The position numbers and the translations under genes are program-made. A model generated the notes under the pieces. It did no database searches. It was not told where the DNA came from and was given only the letters and a program-made list of their open reading frames with translations. Positions 33,439-45,324 of a stretch of DNA of 64,000 nt are shown piece after piece. The stretch spans positions 384,001 through 448,000 of the forward strand of contig CBDEUS010000002.1 in the NCBI GenBank assembly GCA_965243395.1. Direction: 5' to 3'. How positions within the stretch are numbered: the stretch's first letter is position 1; the number at the start of each line of letters is the position of its first letter. Origin of the DNA: Gammaproteobacteria bacterium. Its GTDB lineage: Bacteria > Pseudomonadota > Gammaproteobacteria > UBA4575.

Positions 33439-34776
33439 GTGGCGAATGTTCTCTGGAAATCCTGTGTTCACAAACTTGAATCTGAGTTATCCGAACAACA
33501 ACTTAATACTTGGATCCGCCCTCTACACGCAATAGAGGAGAATGGCGGTTTAACCCTGCTAGCACCCAACCGTTTTGTGCTTGATTGGGTACAAGATAAT
33601 TTTCTTGCGCGTATCGACGAGTTAATCGCTGCCAACAATAAATGCGAGCGTCCGGTATGTCTTGAAATAGGCAGTAATAAACACCCAGCCACAACGACGA
33701 AACAGGCTGAAAAAATACAAGTCGTAAGTTCAGCTGCTTCCAAGTTACAAAATTTTAGCCACAACCTGAATCCAAATTTCACCTTTGACACCTTTGTTGA
33801 AGGCAAATCCAACCAGCTCCCTAAGGCAGCCGCCTTACAGGTAGCCAATCACCCGGGAGCCGCATACAACCCTTTGCTTATCTATGGTGGTGTGGGGTTA
33901 GGTAAAACACACTTGTTGCATGCGATTGGCAACCAGATGTTGGTGCAAAATCCTGCTGCGAAGATTTTATATTTACACTCCGAGCGTTTCGTAGCGGATA
34001 TGGTGAAAGCATTACAACATAACGCTATCAGTGAATTTAAGCGTTTTTATCGCACTGTAGATGCGTTATTGATTGACGATATTCAATTTTTTGCTGGTAA
34101 AGAGCGCTCTCAAGAAGAATTTTTTCATACTTTTAATACTTTGCTTGAGGGCCAACGACAGGTAATACTTACTTGCGACCGCTATCCCAAAGAAGTTGAA
34201 GACTTACAAGAGCGCTTGAAGTCACGTTTCGGGTGGGGCTTAACGCAATCCATTGAGCCGCCTGAATTAGAGACTCGCGTTGCCATCATGCAACGCAAAG
34301 CAGAATTACTACAGATTGAATTACCCAGTGATGTCGCCTTTTTCATTGGTAAGCGTATTCGTTCCAATATCCGTGAACTTGAAGGCGCGCTTCGCAGAGT
34401 CATCGCAAACGCACAATTTACCGGATCAGCGATTACTCTAGACTTTGCCAAAGAAGCTTTACATGATTTATTAGCTTTACAAGACAAGCTTGTCACGATC
34501 GATAATATCCAAAAAACAGTAGCTGAATTTTTTAAAATTCGCGTCTCAGATTTACTTTCTGCACGACGCAGTCGTTCAATCACACGTCCTCGGCAAATAG
34601 CAATGAGTTTAGCCAAAGAACTAACCAATCACAGTTTGCCTGAAATTGGTGATGCCTTCGGTGGCCGGGATCATACAACGGTGTTGCATGCTTGCAGAAA
34701 AATAAAAAGTTTAAGGGAAAGCGATTCGCGTATTAACGATGATTACATCAATCTATTACGCAACTTAAACAATTAA
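33439..34776 (+). CDS. dnaA: Replication initiator DnaA
   Basis: [11 protein letters not shown]; IDDIQF; [11 protein letters not shown]. Confidence 0.99.
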   Translation: MANVLWKSCVHKLESELSEQQLNTWIRPLHAIEENGGLTLLAPNRFVLDWVQDNFLARIDELIAANNKCERPVCLEIGSNKHPATTTKQAEKIQVVSSAASKLQNFSHNLNPNFTFDTFVEGKSNQLPKAAALQVANHPGAAYNPLLIYGGVGLGKTHLLHAIGNQMLVQNPAAKILYLHSERFVADMVKALQHNAISEFKRFYRTVDALLIDDIQFFAGKERSQEEFFHTFNTLLEGQRQVILTCDRYPKEVEDLQERLKSRFGWGLTQSIEPPELETRVAIMQRKAELLQIELPSDVAFFIGKRIRSNIRELEGALRRVIANAQFTGSAITLDFAKEALHDLLALQDKLVTIDNIQKTVAEFFKIRVSDLLSARRSRSITRPRQIAMSLAKELTNHSLPEIGDAFGGRDHTTVLHACRKIKSLRESDSRINDDYINLLRNLNN

Positions 34777-35002
34777 AACAGCAACAATTTAATATCACTG
34801 TTGATTGGCTGTGTAAAAAAAGTGATATAGTTTGTAAAGCTTTTGTAATGCAGATTTATACCTATACTAAACAGCATAAAAGAACGCTTACTAAACTACT
34901 TTTTCTCAAGTTAAATCTACTTAAGATATTGACTTTAAACAAGTAATTAATGTTATCCACAGCAAAAGAGCCGTTCTATAACAACTACTAATTATATAAA
35001 TA
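34777..35002. other. Probable oriC unwinding region (dnaA-dnaN spacer)
   Basis: Perfect DnaA box TTATCCACA at 34953-34961, short GC patch, DnaA-trio-like CTATAACAACTACTA, IHF-like site at 34922-34934, AT-rich. Confidence 0.7.
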
Positions 35003-36103
35003 ATGCAGTTATCTATAACACGTGAAGATCTGTTAAAACCCCTACAACAAATTATAGGTGCTGTTGAGCGCAGGCAAACCATGCCCGCACTCAGTAATCT
35101 GTTAATCCGGGGCGACGACCAGGCTATAACGATCACTGCAACGGATTTAGAGGTTGAATTAGTTGCCAATTTAGAATTCGGGCTAGAAGACCAGGGGACA
35201 ACCACAATACCGGCTAGAAAACTCTTAGATATATGCCGCTCTTTACCTGAACAAGCAAAAATTACTATCAACTCCAGTAATGAAAAAGTAAAAGTGAGCT
35301 CAGGTCGAAGCCGCTTTTCACTGGTGACACTCCCGGCCGAAGATTTTCCTACAATTGACGACCTTGAGCTGGATCAAAATGTTGTTATTAGCGAAGGCAA
35401 ATTTAAAGCATTGATCGACAAAACAGCTTTTGCAATGGCACAACAAGATGTGCGTTATTATCTAAATGGATTGTTGTTGGAAGTGGACACGGAACAGATT
35501 CGCACAGTCGCAACGGATGGTCATCGATTAGCACTCTCACAGCTAGATCATAAGTCGGATATCGAAGGCTCCAGACAGATCATACTGCCACGCAAAGGAG
35601 TGCAGGAGTTACAGCGTTTATTGAGCAGTGAAGATGACAACATCACAGTTGCTTTAGGTAAGAATCATATCCGTGTCAATCTTGCCAATTTGCAATTTAC
35701 CTCGAAGTTAATCGATGGACGTTTTCCCGAGTATCAACGGGTGTTGCCTGAGGAGAGCGATAATCGCGCGAAAATTGATAAAGTACAGCTAAAACAAGCG
35801 CTTACACGAGCATCGATCTTGTCGAATGAGAAATATAAAGGCATAAGATTAATCCTCGATAACAATTCTTTAGTCATTCAAGCGCATAACCCTGAGCATG
35901 AAGAAGCTGAAGATGAAATTGAAATTGAATATTCTGGAGATCGTTTAGAGGTTGGTTTTAATGTTGTGTACCTATTGGATGTGCTCAATGTTTTAGATTC
36001 TGATGCAGTTGAGGTAATTATTCAGGATGCGAATAGTAGTGCCTTAATTATTTCACCTGACACACAGGCAAGTCGTTACGTTGTAATGCCAATGCGTCTT
36101 TAG
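35003..36103 (+). CDS. dnaN: DNA polymerase III beta clamp
   Basis: ATDLE; QDVRYYLNG; VATDGHRL; YVVMPMRL. Confidence 0.99.
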   Translation: MQLSITREDLLKPLQQIIGAVERRQTMPALSNLLIRGDDQAITITATDLEVELVANLEFGLEDQGTTTIPARKLLDICRSLPEQAKITINSSNEKVKVSSGRSRFSLVTLPAEDFPTIDDLELDQNVVISEGKFKALIDKTAFAMAQQDVRYYLNGLLLEVDTEQIRTVATDGHRLALSQLDHKSDIEGSRQIILPRKGVQELQRLLSSEDDNITVALGKNHIRVNLANLQFTSKLIDGRFPEYQRVLPEESDNRAKIDKVQLKQALTRASILSNEKYKGIRLILDNNSLVIQAHNPEHEEAEDEIEIEYSGDRLEVGFNVVYLLDVLNVLDSDAVEVIIQDANSSALIISPDTQASRYVVMPMRL

Positions 36104-36123
36104 CCAAAACCCTACTACCCGCA

Positions 36124-37200
36124 TTGGCGCTGAAAACACTCCTGGTTCAAAACCTAAGGATTATTCAACAACTCGAAATTTCTCTGGCAGCTGATGCCAA
36201 TTTATTTGTTGGCGAGAATGGCGCAGGTAAAACCAGTATTCTTGAAGCGATTGATATCCTCAGTCGCGGGCGTTCATTTCGGGAACGGCGCACCCAGGCT
36301 TTGCTACGAAAAGACAGTAATGATCTAGTTATAAGCAGCGCCTTAATTCCTGCTGGCGAGGAAATTTATCTAGGAATCCAGAAGTCTGCAAGACAAACCC
36401 TCCTTCATTTGAACCAGGAAAAGGTAAGCTCGATTTCCACCCATGCGAGTTATTTACCTGTTGTTAGCCTGCATCCAGATTCACATCGACTGATTCAGGG
36501 TGGCGGAAAGTATCGTAGAAAATATATGGATTGGTCAGCGTTTCACGTGGAACCTTCTTTTCTTCAATACTGGCGTAACTACAGCAAATGTTTAAAACAG
36601 CGCAATCAAGCCCTACGCGATCAATGTACAGCAGAAGAATTGTCCGTATGGACTGGAGAATTGAACGAATATGCCAACTCTGTAGATCGCGTAAGATCGG
36701 AACTTTTTGCGCAACTTAATCGCTTAATCGACGAATATAGTAGTAAATTGATGCCAGAAGCGGAAGTTAATATCAGCTACTACCGTGGTTGGCCAGAGGA
36801 ATTAGTACTAGAAGATGCGCTACGGGAAGCTCTTGCTCAAGAACGACACATAAAAACCACTCGCTTAGGACCTCATCGCGCGGATCTTAGGTTGTTCCTA
36901 AATGGGCAAGAGGCTGCGGCGGCAGCTTCTAGAGGCCAGCAAAAACTATTAGCAGCTTGTCTCTTACTTGCCCAGATCAAGCACATCCAGCAAACCCGCT
37001 CTCAAAAGTGTGTTGTGTTGCTAGACGACATCAGAGCCGAATTGGATCAAGAGCATGCTCATGCGCTACTGACTGCCTTGCAAGAGCTTGGCTGTCAGGT
37101 GTTTATTACCGCAATCGATCAGGAGCAAAATGATCTGACCGGGTGGCAAGATGTAAAGGTGTTTCACGTGAAACAAGGCGTTTGTAAAGCAATGAAGTAA
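36124..37200 (+). CDS. recF: RecF
   Basis: GENGAGKTS; GPHRADL; SRGQQK; LLDD. Confidence 0.96.
   Translation: MALKTLLVQNLRIIQQLEISLAADANLFVGENGAGKTSILEAIDILSRGRSFRERRTQALLRKDSNDLVISSALIPAGEEIYLGIQKSARQTLLHLNQEKVSSISTHASYLPVVSLHPDSHRLIQGGGKYRRKYMDWSAFHVEPSFLQYWRNYSKCLKQRNQALRDQCTAEELSVWTGELNEYANSVDRVRSELFAQLNRLIDEYSSKLMPEAEVNISYYRGWPEELVLEDALREALAQERHIKTTRLGPHRADLRLFLNGQEAAAAASRGQQKLLAACLLLAQIKHIQQTRSQKCVVLLDDIRAELDQEHAHALLTALQELGCQVFITAIDQEQNDLTGWQDVKVFHVKQGVCKAMK
36539..36554. promoter_or_regulatory. parS site (near-consensus) within recF
   Basis: CGTTTCACGTGGAACC. Confidence 0.75.
37160..37175. promoter_or_regulatory. parS site (perfect palindrome) within recF
   Basis: TGTTTCACGTGAAACA. 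Confidence 0.92.
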
Positions 37201-37287
37201 ATAATAAAAATTCATTTATTAAGCAAGGATTTGCAAGCCCTCAACGCTTAGGCTTGGTATAATATGCGACTTATAAATTAACGCTGA

Positions 37288-39750
<2,463 letters not shown>

Positions 39751-39830
39751 TGAAGAATAAAAAACACTAAATATTATTGAGTTAGTCAGAATTAAATAAG
39801 CATTGGTCCCCGTAGAACTAGTGTAGATAG

Positions 39831-39857
39831 TTGATTTTAAAGAAAATACCCCCATAT
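39831..39857 (+). promoter_or_regulatory. Candidate sigma32 promoter of the lemA operon
   Basis: TTGATT-N13-CCCCATAT vs consensus TTGAAA-N13/14-CCCCATNT. Confidence 0.6.
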
Positions 39858-39905
39858 TAGTTGATAAATAGCAAAGTATTTCAATCTAAAAACTAGGGAG
39901 CATAT

Positions 39906-40478
39906 ATGGGTATCGGTAGCATCGTTTTTTTAGCCATCATTGTAGTTTTGGTTGGCTACTTCATCGTAATTTATAACAACCTAGTTAACTTAAAACATGC
40001 AGTAAGCAAAGCATGGTCAAATATTGACGTGTTGTTAAAGCAACGTCACGATGAAATTCCAAAACTGGTTGAAGTGTGTAAGCAATACATGGGTTATGAA
40101 CAAGAAACACTTACCAAAGTAATGGAGGCCCGCACAAGAGTTTCAAATGCACAGCAATCTGGAGACATGAATGCACTCGGTTCTGCCGAAGGCATGTTGC
40201 GCATGGGTTTGGGTAATTTATTTGCTGTTGCTGAAGAGTATCCAGAGCTGAAAGCTAATGAAACATTTAACCATTTACAACAACGTATTTCTGGTTTAGA
40301 GAATTCTATCGCTGATCGACGTGAATTTTATAATGAAAGCGTGAATCGCAATAATGTACGTATCGAACAGTTTCCTGACATTATTGTTGCTCGTGCTATG
40401 GCGTTTAAGGCTTTCGATCTGCTTGAGTTTGCTGAATCAGAAACTCAAGATGTAGATGTAAAAGCGTTGTTTACGTAG
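39906..40478 (+). CDS. lemA: LemA family protein
   Basis: N-terminal TM; YNNLV..AWSNIDVLLKQRHD; EEYPELKAN. Confidence 0.95.
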   Translation: MGIGSIVFLAIIVVLVGYFIVIYNNLVNLKHAVSKAWSNIDVLLKQRHDEIPKLVEVCKQYMGYEQETLTKVMEARTRVSNAQQSGDMNALGSAEGMLRMGLGNLFAVAEEYPELKANETFNHLQQRISGLENSIADRREFYNESVNRNNVRIEQFPDIIVARAMAFKAFDLLEFAESETQDVDVKALFT

Positions 40479-40509
40479 TTAATAATTTTTTAACTTTTCC
40501 TTTCTACTA

Positions 40510-41427
40510 ATGCAGTTGGCAAATCACTTTAGTCAAGGTGATTGGTTTTTAATAACTGTTCTTATTATTGCTGCAATTGCCTGCTTGTTTGCGGCACTGC
40601 GCATGTTTCATCGCGCACGTTTAATTGAAGATATGCCTACTTCTAAAATTCGCTCTTGTCCGCAAGGTTATGTTGAACTTTTTGGAACCGCAAAGTGGAT
40701 GGAGGGGCCTGAAATACAAGCTCCTTTAAGTGGATTACCCTGTGTTTGGTATTCATTTACGGTGGAAGAATACATTCCACAATCTAAACAAAAGTGGCGA
40801 CGTATCAATAGCGGCGTGAGTGATCAGTTATTTTTACTTGAGGACGATACGGGCGCGTGTGTAGTAGACCCGGATGATGCAGAAGTAACACCCACATCAA
40901 GTACAACCTGGTATGGCAATGAGCGTATAGGCCCACGAACCCATACTTCACCATTAGACATTTTAACAAGCGCACTTATGCAATCCGGGCAGAAATACCG
41001 TTATACAGAAAAACGCATTGATGTGTATGAATCTTTGTATGCAATAGGTGAGTTTTGTTCAATCGGCACGGATTATCGCCAAAGTATAAAAGAAGCTGTA
41101 CTTGAAAAGTTGCGTGTTTTAAAACGAGATAAAGAAAAGCTTGCAACCTATGATAAGAATCAAGACGGTCAAATTGATGAAAACGAATGGCAACAAGCGC
41201 GGATTGATGCCAAGCAAGCTGCGGTGGAGGATCAATTAGCCAAACCTATGCCACAGCGCATGCATATGCTGAAAAAACCACAAACAAAAAAATATCAGCC
41301 TTTTTTACTCTCTACTAAATCAGAATCCCACATATCAAGAAATAACCGAATCTTTTCTGCAGGGCTGGCTTCTTTGTTTGTTTTGTTTATAACCAGCATC
41401 TTTTTAAAAATAACAGGTGTTTTCTAG
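40510..41427 (+). CDS. GIDE-like domain membrane protein with EF-hand
   Basis: RLIEDMPTSKIRS..GYVEL.G; APLSG.PCVWY; FLLEDDTG; EF-hand DKNQDGQIDENE; N- and C-terminal TM. Confidence 0.75.
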   Translation: MQLANHFSQGDWFLITVLIIAAIACLFAALRMFHRARLIEDMPTSKIRSCPQGYVELFGTAKWMEGPEIQAPLSGLPCVWYSFTVEEYIPQSKQKWRRINSGVSDQLFLLEDDTGACVVDPDDAEVTPTSSTTWYGNERIGPRTHTSPLDILTSALMQSGQKYRYTEKRIDVYESLYAIGEFCSIGTDYRQSIKEAVLEKLRVLKRDKEKLATYDKNQDGQIDENEWQQARIDAKQAAVEDQLAKPMPQRMHMLKKPQTKKYQPFLLSTKSESHISRNNRIFSAGLASLFVLFITSIFLKITGVF

Positions 41428-41482
41428 AGCTGTAAATAAAAAGACGTCTCAGTTGAATTAAGTTCAGGCATAATGCTTGGTT

Positions 41483-42130
41483 ATGCAAATAAAAGTTGTT
41501 TTAATTTTATTACTTATTCTTAGTACTCCTCTGTATGCCCAGGAGTTTGCATATGTAACGGATTCATTGCGACTGCGTTTATATACTGATGCTAACGACA
41601 GTAGTGATGTATTAGCTACGTTAGAAAGTGGCGATTCCGTTGAAGTGCTTGAAACTCTCGGCGGGTTTAGTCGAGTGATTACAAATGATGGTACTGAGGG
41701 ATGGGTGAAATCGGCTTTTTTGGTAAGTGAGCCGCCAGCAAAATTATTGTATTACTCGGTTAGTGAACAAAATGAAGAATTACAAGCACAGCTCACGGAA
41801 CTACAAAACAACTTGTCCGCATCATCAACAACAAACAATGAAGCAGACAGTAAACTGATTGCAGAACTACAAACTGCATTGGCAAATGAACAAGAGCTTA
41901 ATCAAAAACTGCAACAACAAATCACAGATGTAGAACACAGTCAGGTTAATCAAACTACGAACCCACCTGTATCGGATCAATTATCGGCGAAAGCATTTCC
42001 CAGTTTTGAAAATAAAGTTTGGTTGATAGCAGGCATACCATTGCTACTAATAATCATAGGCTTTTTATTGGGCATGAAATTTTCAAACGGCCGCATGCGC
42101 AAGCGTTTACATGGTTTCACGCTTAAATAG
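41483..42130 (+). CDS. SH3-domain protein (TIGR04211/YgiM-like)
   Basis: Signal peptide, YVTDSLRLRL..EGWV SH3b, coiled coil, C-terminal TM. Confidence 0.82.
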   Translation: MQIKVVLILLLILSTPLYAQEFAYVTDSLRLRLYTDANDSSDVLATLESGDSVEVLETLGGFSRVITNDGTEGWVKSAFLVSEPPAKLLYYSVSEQNEELQAQLTELQNNLSASSTTNNEADSKLIAELQTALANEQELNQKLQQQITDVEHSQVNQTTNPPVSDQLSAKAFPSFENKVWLIAGIPLLLIIIGFLLGMKFSNGRMRKRLHGFTLK

Positions 42131-42140
42131 ATATTAATCA

Positions 42141-42905
42141 ATGAAAATAGCCTCTTGGAACGTAAATTCATTACGCGTGCGCTTACCGCAAGTGTTGGAA
42201 TGGTTGCAAGATAATCCTGTGGATGTGTTGGCATTACAGGAAACTAAAATGGTCGATGAAGATTTCCCAGTGCAAGAAATCAATAAAGCCGGTTATCAGG
42301 TTCAGTATGCAGGGCAAAAGACGTATAACGGTGTTGCTGTTCTTTCTAGATTGGATGGAACAGATGTAATTACTGATATACCTGGCTTGGATGACCCACA
42401 ACGGCGAATTCTAGCGGTCACGATTGATGATATACGCGTGCTGAACCTTTATGTAGTAAACGGCAAAGAAGTGGGCTCAGACAAATATGAATATAAGCTT
42501 GACTGGCTGAAGAAAGTGACTGCCTTCATCAAAAAAGAAATAGAAAAATACCCTAATTTCGTCGTATTAGGTGATTTTAATATTGCCCCGGAAGATGCCG
42601 ATGTGCATGACCCGCTTGCTTGGAAAGATAAAGTGCTTTGTAGCGATAAGGAACGCCAAGCGCTCCAAGCCATTATTGATTTGGGGTTTGTTGATACATT
42701 CAGACTGTTTGATCAAGAGGAAAATACATTCAGCTGGTGGGATTACCGCGCCGCTGGATTTCGTCGTAACTTGGGTTTGCGTATCGATCTCATCTTGGCC
42801 AGTGCGGCACTGGAGGGAAACTGCGCTTTTAGTGTGGTGGACAAAGCCCCTCGAAGTAATGAACGCCCCTCCGATCATGCCCCGGTGATGGCGGAGTTCA
42901 TGTAG
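42141..42905 (+). CDS. xth: Exodeoxyribonuclease III
   Basis: SWNVNS; LQETK; GDFNIAP; GLRID; PSDHAP. Confidence 0.95.
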   Translation: MKIASWNVNSLRVRLPQVLEWLQDNPVDVLALQETKMVDEDFPVQEINKAGYQVQYAGQKTYNGVAVLSRLDGTDVITDIPGLDDPQRRILAVTIDDIRVLNLYVVNGKEVGSDKYEYKLDWLKKVTAFIKKEIEKYPNFVVLGDFNIAPEDADVHDPLAWKDKVLCSDKERQALQAIIDLGFVDTFRLFDQEENTFSWWDYRAAGFRRNLGLRIDLILASAALEGNCAFSVVDKAPRSNERPSDHAPVMAEFM

Positions 42906-43195
42906 CGATCAGCCGCGAATGTCTGATATGTTGTAGCCATAATACGCGAAAATCTAAAAAAGATGTAAAAAAGTTGCTTTTTGAATGCTAGATTTTAGGT
43001 ATCTCAATGCTCCGTAGTCTATGCCTTAACTTTTTTGTCAGCATACTCTGCAAACAATATCAGTGTTTTTGGTGTGATCTTGATTAGTTAGTTTCAATCC
43101 GTGTTTGCTGAATATAAAAAAGATTCGCACTTGGCATCCTTTGATAGTTAAGACAAACTTCGTTCTTCAAATCCACTAACGTGAGGTGTTAAAAA

Positions 43196-43834
43196 ATGCG
43201 CAACATTATGGTGATTAATTCAAAGGGTGGTTCAGGTAAGTCTACAGTGGCGACTAATTTGGCTTCCTATTTTGCTTCGCAGGGTAAAAGCGTAGTCATA
43301 ATGGATTATGACCCACAAGGAAGCAGCATGTCTTGGTTAGAGGCCAGATCTTCCGCGAGACAACCCATTCAAGGAATTGCCGCATATAAAAAGAATGCCA
43401 AACGTCCTAGCCGTAAAACAGAATTTGTGATTCATGATGCTCCAGCTGGTAAGCATGGCGGTGAGTTGAGCAAGATGATAAATAAAGCTCAGACCATTCT
43501 GATTCCGGTTCTCCCTTCTCCCATTGATATGCGCGCCGTAATTGATTTCATTACAGAAATTAAAAAATCTGCACCGGTGCAACGTAAAAAAGCCAAGCTT
43601 GCATTGATAGCCAATCGCTCACGTGATTACACCAACATATATTGGGAGCTGGATGACTTACTTAGCCGGCAACGCATTCCGTTTTTAACTATGCTGCGTG
43701 ATAGTCAAAACTATATTAAAGCGGCTGAACGAGGACTGGGCATATTTGAAATGGCCCCTGCAGCCACCGAGCTTGACCGAGAAATGTGGGAGCCCATCAT
43801 AAAGTGGGTGAAAAGTAGACGAAGTCGACCGTAA
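43196..43834 (+). CDS. Orphan short ParA/MinD-family ATPase
   Basis: NSKGGSGKST; DYDPQGS; PVLPSPID. Confidence 0.88.
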   Translation: MRNIMVINSKGGSGKSTVATNLASYFASQGKSVVIMDYDPQGSSMSWLEARSSARQPIQGIAAYKKNAKRPSRKTEFVIHDAPAGKHGGELSKMINKAQTILIPVLPSPIDMRAVIDFITEIKKSAPVQRKKAKLALIANRSRDYTNIYWELDDLLSRQRIPFLTMLRDSQNYIKAAERGLGIFEMAPAATELDREMWEPIIKWVKSRRSRP

Positions 43835-43909
43835 ACTTAATGGGCTAGTCATAATTGCTTGCCACACTTTCTTTATCGAAAATTACCAGAGAGTGTAGCC
43901 GTGAGATGT

Positions 43910-44443
43910 ATGTCCAAGTTATTAAAATATATTTATACAATCGCAACATGCTTATTATGTGCGGCCACCATTTCTAGCTACTCAGTGTTTGCGGTTTCAG
44001 AATTAAGTCCTAACGATAAAGCAGATTACGTAGTTGTTAAAAAAACTGAGCGCAAGCTCTATCTTTATCGCGGCAGTGAAATTTTAAAAACTTATCGCAT
44101 TGCACTTGGCAAACAACCCGACGGCCATAAGATACGCGAAGGAGATTCACGTACCCCGGAAGGTCGTTACATTCTAGATTGGCGTAATCCAAATAGTAAA
44201 TTTTATCGCTCGATTCATATTTCCTACCCGAGTAGAACTGATTTTCGTGATGCTCGTGAACGTGGTGACTCCCCGGGCGGTGCAATCATGATTCATGGCC
44301 AACCGACTAGCTGGGTAGAAAAAACAAAACTTTTATTTAATCAAGATGATTGGACCGAGGGCTGTATTGCAGTTCAAAACCATGAAATGGATGAGATTTG
44401 GAATGCAGTGGATGATGGAACACCAATTGAGATTATTCCTTGA
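43910..44443 (+). CDS. L,D-transpeptidase (YkuD) family protein
   Basis: EGDSRTPEG.Y; IMIHG..WTEGCIAV; start set to ATG 43910. Confidence 0.9.
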   Translation: MSKLLKYIYTIATCLLCAATISSYSVFAVSELSPNDKADYVVVKKTERKLYLYRGSEILKTYRIALGKQPDGHKIREGDSRTPEGRYILDWRNPNSKFYRSIHISYPSRTDFRDARERGDSPGGAIMIHGQPTSWVEKTKLLFNQDDWTEGCIAVQNHEMDEIWNAVDDGTPIEIIP

Positions 44444-44497
44444 ACACATTTAAAAGTTTGATTTGAAATTCACAACCTCAATTTTTTAAATTATCGG

Positions 44498-44557
44498 ACT
44501 CTAACCTGTACGCGTCATCCAAGACGCGACTCTTGTTCGTACATCCCTGTACTCACT
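44498..44557 (-). repeat. 60-bp intergenic repeat with two GGA-loop hairpins, copy 2
   Basis: Minus strand AGTGAGTACAGGGATGTACGAACAAGAGTCGCGTCTTGGATGACGCGTACAGGTTAGAGT; 54/60 identical to 2985-3044. Confidence 0.9.
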
Positions 44558-45284
44558 ATTTAGCGAAAACTTTTTTAAGTAAATCAGTTGTGCGTGCAAC
44601 CGGGTCGGTGCGTATCTTGGCTTCTTCAACAGCAAGATAGTGAAAGATGCCATCCATGCCTTTTTCAACCACGTAACTACTGAGATCCGATTTTACGTCC
44701 GGTACTAATGGTATTTTTTTGTATTGACCGATTGCGTTGTCATAACTTTGGATCGCTCCAGCTTCTGCAAGGCTGTCGTTTACAATCGGTGTGAATTCTT
44801 TTACTAGGTCAGGCGTCATTTTGGATTGAAAATAACGTGTTGCAGCATCATTTTCTCCAGCAAGTATATTTCGCGCGTCATCTAAAGTCATTGCTTGAAT
44901 CGCATTCATAAATAACTCTTTAGCTTTAGGTGTGGCAATCTCCGCGGCACGATTTAAACGTAATTCTAAATCATCCAGCATGTCGCTCATGCCAACTTTT
45001 TCTAAAGAGGATTGCACTTTTTGCAGGCTATTTGGTAGAGGAATATGAATATTTGGATCTCCATTAAATCCATTGGTAGTACCCAATTGATTCACCACTA
45101 AGTCAGAGCCAACACGTAAAGCTTCTTTTAAGCCAGAAGCAATTTCACCATCGGTTAGATCGCTCGCGGAAGAGCTTACCCCTGAATCTTCTAATAATTC
45201 TTTGGCTTTATCGAACCAGCTTGCTTGTAAAGTTCCAGCTAGCAAAAATATTGAAACTGTAATTGCGGTTACTGTAAATTTCAT
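44556..45284 (-). CDS. DUF4197 family exported protein
   Basis: GLKEAL..G; LNRAAE; EEAKIRTDPVARTTDLLKKVF. Confidence 0.88.
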   Translation of the reverse strand: MKFTVTAITVSIFLLAGTLQASWFDKAKELLEDSGVSSSASDLTDGEIASGLKEALRVGSDLVVNQLGTTNGFNGDPNIHIPLPNSLQKVQSSLEKVGMSDMLDDLELRLNRAAEIATPKAKELFMNAIQAMTLDDARNILAGENDAATRYFQSKMTPDLVKEFTPIVNDSLAEAGAIQSYDNAIGQYKKIPLVPDVKSDLSSYVVEKGMDGIFHYLAVEEAKIRTDPVARTTDLLKKVFAK

Positions 45285-45324
45285 GCGATCACCTAATTGT
45301 TATTATTGTTTTGATGTAACAAAA

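Noticed and set aside
42906-43195. ncRNA in the 290-bp gap upstream of the orphan parA
   Set aside because: No convincing stem, terminator or recognisable motif found by eye
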